A stretch of 64,000 nt of DNA from Alphaproteobacteria bacterium (GTDB lineage: Bacteria > Pseudomonadota > Alphaproteobacteria > Bin95), in the NCBI GenBank assembly GCA_963665325.3, contig OZ224045.1:1408001-1472000 (forward strand), read 5' to 3'. Under the pieces are notes generated by a model, which was not told the origin of the DNA, ran no database searches, and saw only the letters and a list, made by a program, of their open reading frames with translations. This document shows, piece after piece, positions 19,102 to 28,265 of the stretch; within the stretch, counting starts at the first letter, position 1; every line of letters starts with the position of its first letter. A program made the position numbers and the translations under genes.

Positions 19102-19441
19102 CCCGCATTTCTCACCAGGGTCATGGTCTGCGCGGTGCTGTCGGGCCGGCAGGGTAGGAGAGACGCGCAGCGCATCGTGCGTTGACGCGCGTGGGCGCAC
19201 GGAGCGGGGCATCGGGCAAGCGGATCGACGCACCCTGCCGGCCCGACAGCGCCGCCCTTCGGGTCGCGTCCAGGCGTCCGCCCGCGGCGGCGTAAACGCC
19301 GCCATCCAAACAAACTGCCGCGTTGCGCGCGGCGTCGCGGGCCTCAACCGTAGACTGTGCTACGCTCTTCGGCCCAACTCCTTGCGGAGCGAACGCCTGG
19401 ACAGCGACGCAGGCTGTGACCCTGGTGAGAAATGCGGGCTA
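19099..19441. mobile_element. MITE copy 2 (343 bp including terminal TA)
   Basis: Perfect terminal inverted repeat TAGCCCGCATTTCTCACCAGGGTCA / TGACCCTGGTGAGAAATGCGGGCTA. Lacks one 45-bp internal unit present in copy 1. Confidence 0.9.
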
Positions 19442-19459
19442 GGCGGAGGCGAGGCGGAC

Positions 19460-20353
19460 ATAGCGGACATCTCGACCCTCGGATTCATCGGGCTCGGCGC
19501 CATGGGTGGACCCATGTGCCGGAACCTTGTGCAGCGCGCCGGCCTGCCGGTCATCGTCCACGATACCGACCTCGAGGCGCGCGCCCGGTGTGTCCTGCAA
19601 GGGAGCGTCGCGACCGACGATCCGGGGCGCGTCGCGCGCGAGTGCAACATCGTCTTCCTGTCGCTGCCGGGCGCTGCCGAGGTTCGCCGCATCTGCCTGG
19701 GCGCAGACGGGCTGCTGGCCCATGCGTGCCCCGGCGATACCGTCGTCGATTGTAGCACGGTGCCGCTGGCGCTCACCCGCGAGTTCGCGGCCACCTTCGC
19801 CGACAAGGGCGCGCGCTATGTCGATGCCCCGGTCGCCGGCACCGTGCAATCGGTCGCCGAGCGGGACATCAGCATCATGGTCGGGGCGGACGAGCGGACA
19901 TTCGCCCGGCTGGAGCCGCTGCTGGATTGCATGGCCCGGACGGTCCAGCATTGCGGCGAGAGCGGGAGCGGCACGGTAACGAAGCTCTTGCTGAACATGG
20001 TGCTTGCCCAGTCGGTCACCGCACTCGCCGAGGCGCTGCTGCTCGGCCGCCGGGCGGGCGTGGACGGCACACGGCTGTTCGAGGCCTTCCGCAACGGGTG
20101 CGACAGCTTTGCGCTCAGGCAGCATGGCATGACGGCCCTGTTGCCGGGCTGCTTTCCCGAAGGCAGGTTCCCGACCCGCTACATGCTGAAGGACCTCGAC
20201 TACGTGATGGAGCTGAAGGAGTCGCTGGGGATGACGCTCGGGGGCATGGACGCGACCCACGGCCTGCTGGAGCGCGCCGCCGCTGCGGGCCTCGGCGATG
20301 CCTACTGGCCTTCGCTGATCGAGGTCATCGACGGGGGGAAGGAATGCAAATAG
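19460..20353 (+). CDS. NAD(P)-dependent oxidoreductase, 3-hydroxyisobutyrate dehydrogenase family (start uncertain)
   Basis: LGFIGLGAMGGPM, VDCSTV, DAPVAG and KDL motifs. No ATG/GTG/TTG lies between the MITE and the Rossmann motif; an in-frame ATA at 19460 follows an SD. Confidence 0.85.
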   Translation: MADISTLGFIGLGAMGGPMCRNLVQRAGLPVIVHDTDLEARARCVLQGSVATDDPGRVARECNIVFLSLPGAAEVRRICLGADGLLAHACPGDTVVDCSTVPLALTREFAATFADKGARYVDAPVAGTVQSVAERDISIMVGADERTFARLEPLLDCMARTVQHCGESGSGTVTKLLLNMVLAQSVTALAEALLLGRRAGVDGTRLFEAFRNGCDSFALRQHGMTALLPGCFPEGRFPTRYMLKDLDYVMELKESLGMTLGGMDATHGLLERAAAAGLGDAYWPSLIEVIDGGKECK

Positions 20354-21489
20354 CGGACAGTGCGCCTGTGGACGGCCATTGCGACCGGCGTTTCGCCGGC
20401 ATCGCCGATGCGTTCGCGGAAAACTTCCGCACCCGCGGCGAGGCCGGCGCTGCCGTTGCCGTCACCCTGAACAGCGAGCCGGTCGTCGATCTTTGGGGCG
20501 GCTTCGCCGACAGCGCCCGCACGCGCCCCTGGGCGGAGGACACGCTGGTCTGCATGATGTCGGTCGCCAAGGCGGTGACGGCCTTGTGCGCCGCGATGGC
20601 CGTGGACCGCGGGCTGATCGGCTGGGACGAGCCGGTGGCGCGCTACTGGCCTGAATTCGCTGCTGGCGGCAAAGGCGATATCCCGGTCCGGTGGGTTCTC
20701 GACCACCGCGCGGGGCTGGCGGCCATCGCGCAGGCCATGCCCGAAGGCGCGGCCTACGATTGGCAGGCGATGACCGGCGCGCTGGCGGCGCAGGCGCCCC
20801 TGTCGCCGCCGGGCGAGGCGCGCGCCTACCATTCCGTCACGCTGGGTTACCTGGTCGGCGAGCTGATAAGGCGAACGGACGGCAGGAGCCTCGGGCGTTT
20901 CCTTGCCGAGGAGGTCTGCGGGCCGCACGGTATCGACTACTGGATCGGCCTGCCGCCGGAGCTGCACGGGCGGTGCGCGGAGTTCTTCGGCGAGACCAAG
21001 GGCACGCTGTTCGACCGCTCGGAGCCGGACTCCCTGAAGTGCCGGGCGATGGCGCAGGTGCCGCCCGAGGACTTCAACACCGAGAGGTTTCGCAACGCGG
21101 AAATCCCGTCGATCAATGGCATCGGCACCGCGCGGGGCGTCGCCAGGCTGTTCGACGGCCTCGCTGCCGGCGGCGTCCTCGACGGCCGGCGCCTGCTGAG
21201 TGCGGATGTGCTGGCGGAAGCCACCAAGGAACAGTGGTATGGCGGGGAGGACCTGCTCGGACACACGCGGCGCATGGGCCTCGGCTTCGCGCTCGGCCTG
21301 CCGGGGCACCTCGCCATGGGACCCAGCCCGCGCGCTTTCGGCCACACCGGCGCGGGCGGCGCCATCGGCTTCGCGGACCCGGACGCCGGCCTCGGCTTCG
21401 CCTACGCGCCCAACCGCATGTATTCCGCCCCCGGCATCAGCCCGCGCCTCAGCGCGCTGGTCGATGCGCTGTATGCAGCGCTTGCATGA
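20344..21489 (+). CDS. serine hydrolase, beta-lactamase/family VIII esterase-like
   Basis: VVDLWGG, SVAK (SxxK), YHS and FGHTGAGG motifs. Confidence 0.9.
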   Translation: MQIADSAPVDGHCDRRFAGIADAFAENFRTRGEAGAAVAVTLNSEPVVDLWGGFADSARTRPWAEDTLVCMMSVAKAVTALCAAMAVDRGLIGWDEPVARYWPEFAAGGKGDIPVRWVLDHRAGLAAIAQAMPEGAAYDWQAMTGALAAQAPLSPPGEARAYHSVTLGYLVGELIRRTDGRSLGRFLAEEVCGPHGIDYWIGLPPELHGRCAEFFGETKGTLFDRSEPDSLKCRAMAQVPPEDFNTERFRNAEIPSINGIGTARGVARLFDGLAAGGVLDGRRLLSADVLAEATKEQWYGGEDLLGHTRRMGLGFALGLPGHLAMGPSPRAFGHTGAGGAIGFADPDAGLGFAYAPNRMYSAPGISPRLSALVDALYAALA

Positions 21490-21504
21490 ATTGCGGGGGC
21501 GGAG

Positions 21505-21518
21505 TGGCTCCGCTGGTA
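21505..21518. repeat. att-like direct repeat of the tRNA-Asn 3' end
   Basis: TGGCTCCGCTGGTA versus TGGCTCCGCGGGTA at 22384-22397 (13/14 identical), positioned at the GC-content shift. Confidence 0.55.
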
Positions 21519-21649
21519 TCCTCCAGAGGATTGCAAGCCGAAGTAGGGACGCGGCGAGATAAGGGAGCATAGATGGCGCGAATAATGGACATATGAGATT
21601 GACACACTCCTCAGGGATGCGGAGGATGCTCATCGTCAGAGAGGGTTCA

Positions 21650-22303
21650 ATGATTATATTTCAAGGCAGTTGTCCGCACTGCGGAACAAAGAGTGTTGCA
21701 TTTGAAATCATCTACGAACACAAAGTATCAAGATCGACGTCTGTTCATTGGGACACGTTGGCGAGTTGTGGCCAGTGTAACCGAGGAGTCCTCGCTACTT
21801 TCTTGTCTGGAAATGGTCACAAACCAAGCGAATGTTTGCAAAACGGTTGGACTGATCTCTTATCCCCTCCTTATTTGTCTCCGGCACCCCCAGACACTGG
21901 AGCGCCGAAACACACTCCTCCCAATGTGGCTCACTTCTATCGGCAAGGAATGGACAATTTAGGCGGAAACTGGGACGCTGCCGGAATGACCTTTCGTAAG
22001 GCGTTAGACGTAGGCCTTAAGTTCAAATTTCCCGAAGATAGCAATGTATCATTATTTGAGCGGATTAAACGCGCTTCTAAACGGCACGATTTGACACCCG
22101 ATCTGGCGGAATGGGCACATCAGATTCGCTTAGACGGCAACGATGCGGCTCATGAAGAGGAGCCGTTTTCCAAAGAGGATGCGGCGCGTTTGCAGATTTT
22201 CACAAGCTTGGTGTTTCAATACTTGTTCACCTTGCCGGGCATGATGCAAGAAGCACGAGGGGCCGAGATCAGCACAGGTGGGCAGCCAGCTGATGGGACC
22301 TAG
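21650..22303 (+). CDS. DUF4145-like (HEPN-related) protein with N-terminal zinc ribbon
   Basis: CPHCG...CGQC, then AAGMTFRKALD...AEWAHQIRLDGNDAAHE. AT-richer than its flanks. Confidence 0.82.
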   Translation: MIIFQGSCPHCGTKSVAFEIIYEHKVSRSTSVHWDTLASCGQCNRGVLATFLSGNGHKPSECLQNGWTDLLSPPYLSPAPPDTGAPKHTPPNVAHFYRQGMDNLGGNWDAAGMTFRKALDVGLKFKFPEDSNVSLFERIKRASKRHDLTPDLAEWAHQIRLDGNDAAHEEEPFSKEDAARLQIFTSLVFQYLFTLPGMMQEARGAEISTGGQPADGT

Positions 22304-22383
22304 TACCACGCTAAGGCTGGGAACAGAAATCGGACTTGTTTTCGTATCTCATCTCACCCAACCCATTGGAAAATAAGGAAAGA

Positions 22384-22458
22384 TGGCTCCGCGGGTAGGA
22401 TTCGAACCTACGACCAATCGGTTAACAGCCGACCGCTCTACCACTGAGCTACCGCGGA
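22384..22458 (-). tRNA. tRNA-Asn(GTT)
   Basis: TCCGCGGTAGCTCAGTGGTAGAGCGGTCGGCT-GTT-AACCGATTGGTCGTAGGTTCGAATCCTACCCGCGGAGCCA. Confidence 0.97.
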
Positions 22459-22511
22459 ACAGACCCGAACGGGCGCCCTTATAGCGGCCCTTTGCGAGCT
22501 TGGCGAGGGCC

Positions 22512-22585
22512 TGGAGGCGCGGACCGGATTCGAACCGGTGTAAGCGGATTTGCAGTCCGATGGATAGCCACTCTCCCACCGCGCC
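22512..22585 (-). tRNA. tRNA-Cys(GCA)
   Basis: GGCGCGGTGGGAGAGTGGCTATCCATCGGACT-GCA-AATCCGCTTACACCGGTTCGAATCCGGTCCGCGCCTCCA, with U73. Confidence 0.95.
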
Positions 22586-22596
22586 GCCGGGTGCTG

Positions 22597-22625
22597 GACA
22601 TAAGCCGGAAGCCCGGCGCGGTCAA
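22597..22625 (-). promoter_or_regulatory. probable promoter of the tRNA-Cys/Asn pair
   Basis: Minus strand TTGACC-N17-TATGTC just upstream of tRNA-Cys. Confidence 0.5.
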
Positions 22626-22805
22626 TGCGCGCCGGGCGGTCGCTGCTCGGGACGAGGGAGTCGGCCCCCTGCGTCACCCCGGCCCCCGAGCCGGGGTCCA
22701 TCCCGCCTCCCTGTTCCCCGCCGAGTTCTTGATCCGGCTTCACCTTGAGCCGTTCGATGCGCTTCAGTAAGGTGCCTCGTTTCATTCTACGCGCGTACAA
22801 ACCTC

Positions 22806-24434
22806 ATGCAGTGGTTGATCCCGCAGCCCTCCGGCGATCCTCTGGCGGTCGAACTCGAAGCCGGTAAGCAAATCTTCGTCGTCGGGCCCAACGGCTCCGG
22901 CAAGTCGGCTCTCCTGCAGCATCTCGCCGCGTCCTCCAGTGAGGGCAAGATCAGACGCATCTTCGCGCACCGCCAGACGTGGCTGAATTCCGGCAGCCTC
23001 ACACTTACCCCCGAGAGTCGGCGTCAGTTCGAAGGCAACAGGCGCAGGTACGAGACCGCCCGAGACTCCCTCTGGAGAGACCACACGGGAGCCCAGACCC
23101 ATGCGGCCGTCCTCTTCGACCTCGTGGCCGCCGAGAACAAGCGGGCCCGCTCAATCGCGAAGTATATGGAGAACGGCAGGATCGAGTGTGCCGAAAAGAC
23201 CGCCAACATTGCCTCCCCGTTCACGCGGCTGAACGACCTTCTGGCACTGGGCACACTCCAAGTCTCGCTAGACAACTCAGACGACGTCGAGATCGTGGCG
23301 CGCAAGGGTCCCGGTCCAACTTTCGGCATCGAGAGGATGTCCGACGGCGAACGCAATGCCGTCATCATGGCGGCCACCGTGCTGACGGTCGACCCGGGGA
23401 CCACGCTATTGATTGATGAGCCGGAGCGCCACTTGCACCGTGCCATCATCGCCCCGTTCCTTTCCGCCCTGTTCGAGCAGCGACAGGACTGCGCGTTCGT
23501 CGTCTCCACCCATGAGCTGTTCCTGCCCGTCGAGAATCCGGATGCCCGCGTGCTGATGACGCGCTCTTGCACTTGGGCGGGGGACAACCCTCAAGCCTGG
23601 AAGCTCGAGCTGCTCGCGCAACCCGCCGAATTGCCCGAGGAACTGCGGCTCGCCGTCCTGGGCGCCAGGAGCCGCGTGCTGTTCGTCGAAGGTTCGTCGT
23701 CCAGCCTCGACCTGCCGCTATACGACACCCTTTTCCCCGGATTGTCGGTCTCGCCCCGCGGGAATTGCGTCGACGTCGAGCGGGCCGTGCGCGGTCTGCG
23801 CGCCACCGCGGATCGACATCATGTTGAGGCTTACGGCGTCGTCGATCAGGACGACCGCGATGACGCAGCGGTTGAGAAACTCGCTATGGAGGGCATTTTC
23901 GCGCTGGCAGTGCGATCCGTCGAGTCGCTGTACTACTGTTCCGATGCCATGCAGGCCATCGCGCGACACCAGGCGGACTCCATGGGTCTCGACGCCGAGA
24001 AGCTGGCGGCGTCAGCGAAGCGGGACGCCCTCTCCGCGCTTGAGCAGGAGGAGGTCATTGAGCGGATGGCCGCGCGCCGGTGCGAGCGGCGCATGCGCGA
24101 CACTGCCCTCAGCCAGCTGCCGGACTGGAAGACCATCCGATCCGCAACCGGCCCGACCATCAACCTGCATGTCCCGTCCGCCTACGCTGACGAGGTCGCC
24201 CAGTTCCGGCAACTTCTGGCAGACAAGGACTTCGATGCGCTCGTCGCACGGTATCCGCTACGCGAGACCAAGGCTTTCGATGTGATCGCCAAGGCCCTTA
24301 AATGCGCCTCGACGCGTGATTACCAGCAGATGGTTGCGGTACGCACCGCCAAAGACGACACGTTGGCGACTGCTCTGACGAGTCGCCTCCAACCATTGGC
24401 GGATGCGATCGCTCCCGCCATGGTTGGGTCGTAG
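22806..24434 (+). CDS. ABC/AAA-type ATPase fused to TOPRIM (DUF4435/OLD-like) domain, putative defence nuclease
   Basis: GPNGSGKS, MSDGE, LLIDEPERHLH and STH motifs, followed by LFVEG, VVDQDD and VESLYY. Confidence 0.82.
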   Translation: MQWLIPQPSGDPLAVELEAGKQIFVVGPNGSGKSALLQHLAASSSEGKIRRIFAHRQTWLNSGSLTLTPESRRQFEGNRRRYETARDSLWRDHTGAQTHAAVLFDLVAAENKRARSIAKYMENGRIECAEKTANIASPFTRLNDLLALGTLQVSLDNSDDVEIVARKGPGPTFGIERMSDGERNAVIMAATVLTVDPGTTLLIDEPERHLHRAIIAPFLSALFEQRQDCAFVVSTHELFLPVENPDARVLMTRSCTWAGDNPQAWKLELLAQPAELPEELRLAVLGARSRVLFVEGSSSSLDLPLYDTLFPGLSVSPRGNCVDVERAVRGLRATADRHHVEAYGVVDQDDRDDAAVEKLAMEGIFALAVRSVESLYYCSDAMQAIARHQADSMGLDAEKLAASAKRDALSALEQEEVIERMAARRCERRMRDTALSQLPDWKTIRSATGPTINLHVPSAYADEVAQFRQLLADKDFDALVARYPLRETKAFDVIAKALKCASTRDYQQMVAVRTAKDDTLATALTSRLQPLADAIAPAMVGS

Positions 24435-24538
24435 GATCGGCCAACCGCAAGCATTAACGAGAACAATGACCACCGCCTGCCCTTGCGCACCAGCGGGGAA
24501 GCCGGGGCTTCCCTCCAATGCCGCCCCTGCCACGCGAG

Positions 24539-24562
24539 GCCCCGCCTTCGCGGGGGCGACGG
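24539..24562. repeat. REP-like palindrome
   Basis: GCCCCGCCTTCGCGGGGGCGACGG resembles the common alphaproteobacterial CCCGC-TTCG-CGGG extragenic palindrome. Confidence 0.5.
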
Positions 24563-24638
24563 CTTCATGCGGCGTTGACGGCGGAAGCGGCGCCGGCCCA
24601 GACTGGCGCGCGAAGGCAGCGGGGGAGAGTCTGCGCCC

Positions 24639-25796
24639 ATGAGCTACGAGAAGCCCTATGCGGGACTGCGCGTCGTCGATCTGAGCCAGGGGATTGCCGG
24701 GCCCTACTGCGCGATGCTGCTGGCGCAATACGGCGCCGATGTCGTTAAGGTCGAGCCGCCGGAAGGGGACTGGTCGCGTGTGCTGGGACCACGCTACGGC
24801 AGCCACACCGCCTTCTCCGTCATCGGCAATCTCGGCAAGCGCAGCATCGTGCTGGACCTCAAGCAGGCGGAAGACAAGGAAAAGCTGCGCCGGCTGGCGG
24901 GCACGGCGGATGTTTTCATGGAGGGTTTCCGTCCGGGCGTGGCCGCGCGGCTCGGCTTCGGCTTTGAGGCGGTGAAGGCGCTGGCGCCGGGCATTATCTA
25001 TGTCTCGGTCTCGGGCTTCGGGCAGACCGGTCCGCTCAGCGCCAAGCCGGCGATGGACCCGGTGCTGCAGGCGTTCACCGGCTTCACGCTCGACAACAAG
25101 GGCCATGACGGCATCCCGCACCGGGCCAACCCGGTCATCGTGGACATGTCCACCGCGCTTTACACCCACCAGGCCGTGGCTGCCGCCATCTATGCGCGCC
25201 GGGACGATGCGCGCGCGCGGTTTATCGATTCCAGCCTGATGGCGGCCGCGGCCAACCTCCAGGCGGTCAGGATGTGTGCGACCGTGATGGAGGGCGGGAC
25301 CATGCCCATAGCGACCTCGCCTTCCGGCGTGTTCCGGACGGCCGACGGCTGGCTGCACCTCGTCGTTCTGAAGAACAGCGACTTCCAGGCGCTTTGCGGG
25401 CTGATCGACCGACCCGACCTTGCAGCCGACCCGCGTTTCGCCGGGCCGGCGGGACGGGCGGCCCATGCGGAAGAGTTGAACGCCGCAGTCGCGGAGCATG
25501 TCGAGGCGCAACCGACCGCATACTGGCAGGCCTGCCTGACGGAAGCCGGCCTCCAGAACGAGGCCGCACAGGACTACGCGCAGTTCACCGCGCATCCGCA
25601 CACGGAAGCGACCGGCCTGATTTCCCGGTTGGCGCAGCCGGGCGGAGACCGCATCTGGCCGGTTCCGAACCCCGCCGGCGCGCCGCCGCTGGTTTCGGGC
25701 ACGCCGGAGGCCACCGCGCCCGAGCTCGGCCAGCACACGGAAGAAGTGCTGCTGGAATTGGAGGAATCGGCCGCCGCCGCCGCCGCCGAGGAGTGA
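24639..25796 (+). CDS. CoA transferase, CaiB/BaiF family III
   Basis: LRVVDLSQGIAGP, GADVVKVEPP, NLGKRSIVLDLK and SGFGQTGP motifs. Confidence 0.93.
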   Translation: MSYEKPYAGLRVVDLSQGIAGPYCAMLLAQYGADVVKVEPPEGDWSRVLGPRYGSHTAFSVIGNLGKRSIVLDLKQAEDKEKLRRLAGTADVFMEGFRPGVAARLGFGFEAVKALAPGIIYVSVSGFGQTGPLSAKPAMDPVLQAFTGFTLDNKGHDGIPHRANPVIVDMSTALYTHQAVAAAIYARRDDARARFIDSSLMAAAANLQAVRMCATVMEGGTMPIATSPSGVFRTADGWLHLVVLKNSDFQALCGLIDRPDLAADPRFAGPAGRAAHAEELNAAVAEHVEAQPTAYWQACLTEAGLQNEAAQDYAQFTAHPHTEATGLISRLAQPGGDRIWPVPNPAGAPPLVSGTPEATAPELGQHTEEVLLELEESAAAAAAEE

Positions 25797-25887
25797 GGCT
25801 CTACGCCGGGCGTTGTCGGCGCCGGGCGCATCTGCTAAAGGCTGCCCCCGCAGGCGGTCCCGGGGCCGCCCTGGCGGGGGGACAGCA

Positions 25888-26658
25888 TTGAGCCAGCCGG
25901 TTCTCGAGGTCCGCGATGTTGCGGTGCATTTCGGCGGTATCGTGGCGCTGGACGGCGTGTCCTTCGACATTCCGAAGGACCTGATCGTCGGCCTGATCGG
26001 TCCGAACGGCGCCGGCAAGACGACGCTCTTCAACTGCCTCTCCCGGCTCTACACGCCGAATGCGGGCGAAATCCTGTTCAAGGGCAAATCCCTTCTGGGC
26101 CTGGCGCCGAACCGCATCGCCTCGCTCGGCATCGGCCGCACCTTCCAGAACCTGGCACTCTTCCCGACGCTTTCGGTGCTCGACAACGTCATGATCGGCG
26201 GCCATTCCCGCACCGGAAGCGACTTCGTCTCCAACGCCTTCCGCCTGCCGTGGGTCCGCCGGGAGGAAGCGGAGCTGATGGCCCGCGCGCTGGAGTCGAT
26301 CGAGTTCATGGAGCTGACGGAGTTCACGCACACGCCAGTCGGCGGGCTGCCCTTCGGCTACCAGAAGCGGGTTGAACTGGCGCGCGCGCTCGCCAGCGAG
26401 CCGGAACTGCTGCTGCTCGACGAGCCGGCGGGCGGCCTCAACCACGAGGAACTCGACCACCTGATGCAGCAGATCCGCCAGATACGGGACGACCGCGGCG
26501 TCACCGTGCTGCTGGTCGAGCACCATATGAGCCTGGTCATGCAGGTATCGGACAAGGTCGTGGCCATAGACTTTGGGCGCAAGATCGCCGACGGCACCCC
26601 GGAAGAGGTGCAGCGCGACCCCAAGGTCATCGAAGCCTATCTCGGGACGGCGCACTGA
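25888..26658 (+). CDS. branched-chain-type ABC transporter ATP-binding protein (LivG-like)
   Basis: GPNGAGKTT, RTFQN, LLDEPAGG and VIEAYLG motifs. TTG start inferred. Confidence 0.92.
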   Translation: MSQPVLEVRDVAVHFGGIVALDGVSFDIPKDLIVGLIGPNGAGKTTLFNCLSRLYTPNAGEILFKGKSLLGLAPNRIASLGIGRTFQNLALFPTLSVLDNVMIGGHSRTGSDFVSNAFRLPWVRREEAELMARALESIEFMELTEFTHTPVGGLPFGYQKRVELARALASEPELLLLDEPAGGLNHEELDHLMQQIRQIRDDRGVTVLLVEHHMSLVMQVSDKVVAIDFGRKIADGTPEEVQRDPKVIEAYLGTAH

Positions 26659-27368
26659 TGGCGTTTCTCGAAGTCCGGGGGCTGGAAGCCTACTACCGCC
26701 AGACCCAGGCGCTGTTCGGGGTCGATTTCGTGCTCGACGAAGGGTCGATCACGGCGGTCCTGGGCGCCAACGGCGCGGGCAAGACGACCACGCTCAGGGC
26801 AATCTGCCGCATGGTAAGGACAGAAGGCGAGGTCGTGTTCGACGGGCAGGACCTGTCCGGCCTCTCGACCGAGCGCGTCGTCGGGCTCGGCATCGCGCAT
26901 GTGCCGGAAGGGCGGGGCACCTTCGTGCGCCAGTCCGTCGAGGAAAACCTCCAGCTCGGCGCCTATACGCGCAAGAACAAGGCCGACATCGCCGCCGACA
27001 TGGAGAGCGTTTACGGCTATTTCCCGAGGCTCGGCGAACGCCGCCGCCAGCAGGCGGGCACGCTTTCCGGCGGCGAACAGCAGATGCTCGCCATCGGCCG
27101 CGCGCTGATGCTGCGCCCGAAGCTCATGCTGCTCGACGAGCCATCCTTCGGCCTCGCGCCGCTGATCGTGCAGGAGATTTACGAGATCATGGCGCGTATC
27201 CGCGAGCGGGAGGGCACCTCCATGCTGCTCGTGGAGCAGAATGCAAGCATCGCGCTCGAACTCGCCGACCACGCCTATCTGCTGGAAACGGGCAGGGTGG
27301 TGATGGGCGGCGAGTCCAGCCTGCTGCGCGACGACGAAGACATCCGCCGCAGCTATCTCGGCTACTGA
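26658..27368 (+). CDS. branched-chain-type ABC transporter ATP-binding protein (LivF-like)
   Basis: GANGAGKTT, LSGGEQQM and LDEPS motifs. Confidence 0.94.
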   Translation: MAFLEVRGLEAYYRQTQALFGVDFVLDEGSITAVLGANGAGKTTTLRAICRMVRTEGEVVFDGQDLSGLSTERVVGLGIAHVPEGRGTFVRQSVEENLQLGAYTRKNKADIAADMESVYGYFPRLGERRRQQAGTLSGGEQQMLAIGRALMLRPKLMLLDEPSFGLAPLIVQEIYEIMARIREREGTSMLLVEQNASIALELADHAYLLETGRVVMGGESSLLRDDEDIRRSYLGY

Positions 27369-27384
27369 AAGCGCGCGCCCAACG

Positions 27385-28260
27385 ATGGACCTGTTTCTTC
27401 AACTGACGCTCGCCGGCCTCGCTATCGGGTCGATCTACTCCTGCGTCGCGCTGGCCGTGGTGATGATCTACCAGGCCACCGACCACTTCAACTTCGCCCA
27501 GGGCGAGATGGCGATGTTCTCGACCTATGTCGCCTGGACGCTGATTGGCCTTGGCGCGCCCGTCTGGCTGGCCTTCCTGCTCGCGGTCGGCATTTCCTTC
27601 CTGGCCGGTGTCATCATCGAGCGGGTGATCGTCAAACCGGTCGAGAACGCGCCGGTGCTCAACCAGATCATCGTGTTCATCGGCCTGCTGGTGATCTTCA
27701 ACGCGTTTGCCGGCTGGATCTGGGAGTTCACCATCAAGCCCTTCCCGAGCCTCTTCCCCGAGGACCTGGGCTTCAAATCGGAGCTGATCGGCCCGCACCA
27801 TATTGGCGTCATTGCGCTGACGCTCGGCGTGCTGGCGCTGGTCTTCGCCTTCTTCCGCTTTACGCGCGTGGGGCTCGCCATGCGCGCCGCCGCTGCCAAC
27901 CCGGACTCGGCCAGGCTGGTCGGCGTCTCGGTCGGCTGGATGCTGGCGCTCGGCTGGGGGCTGGCGGCATCCATCGGCGCCGTCGGCGGCATCCTGGTCG
28001 CGCCCATCGTGTTCCTGGAGCCGAACATGATGGCGGGCGTTCTGCTCTACGGCTTCGCCGGCGCGCTGCTGGGCGGCGTGTCCAGCCCCGGCGGCGCGGT
28101 GCTGGGCGGCCTCGTCGTCGGCGTGCTGGAAAACTGGGTCGGGCAATATGTGCCGGGCGGCTCCGAGCTGAAGCTCACCTTCGCCCTGATCCTGATCGTC
28201 GGCGTGCTCGTCTTCAAGCCGGCCGGCCTGTTCGGCCGCGTCGTGGTGCGGAGGGTCTGA
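27385..28260 (+). CDS. branched-chain-type ABC permease (LivH-like)
   Basis: NFAQGE and TRVGLAMRA motifs; hydrophobic. Confidence 0.93.
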   Translation: MDLFLQLTLAGLAIGSIYSCVALAVVMIYQATDHFNFAQGEMAMFSTYVAWTLIGLGAPVWLAFLLAVGISFLAGVIIERVIVKPVENAPVLNQIIVFIGLLVIFNAFAGWIWEFTIKPFPSLFPEDLGFKSELIGPHHIGVIALTLGVLALVFAFFRFTRVGLAMRAAAANPDSARLVGVSVGWMLALGWGLAASIGAVGGILVAPIVFLEPNMMAGVLLYGFAGALLGGVSSPGGAVLGGLVVGVLENWVGQYVPGGSELKLTFALILIVGVLVFKPAGLFGRVVVRRV

Positions 28261-28265
28261 CCGCC

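Noticed and set aside
18112-21489. Beta-lactam biosynthesis or resistance cluster (IPNS-like plus beta-lactamase-like genes)
   Set aside because: Both are broad superfamilies, and no ACV synthetase or other pathway genes are present.
22438-22800. 120-aa minus-strand ORF
   Set aside because: It overlaps tRNA-Cys, tRNA-Asn and their promoter.
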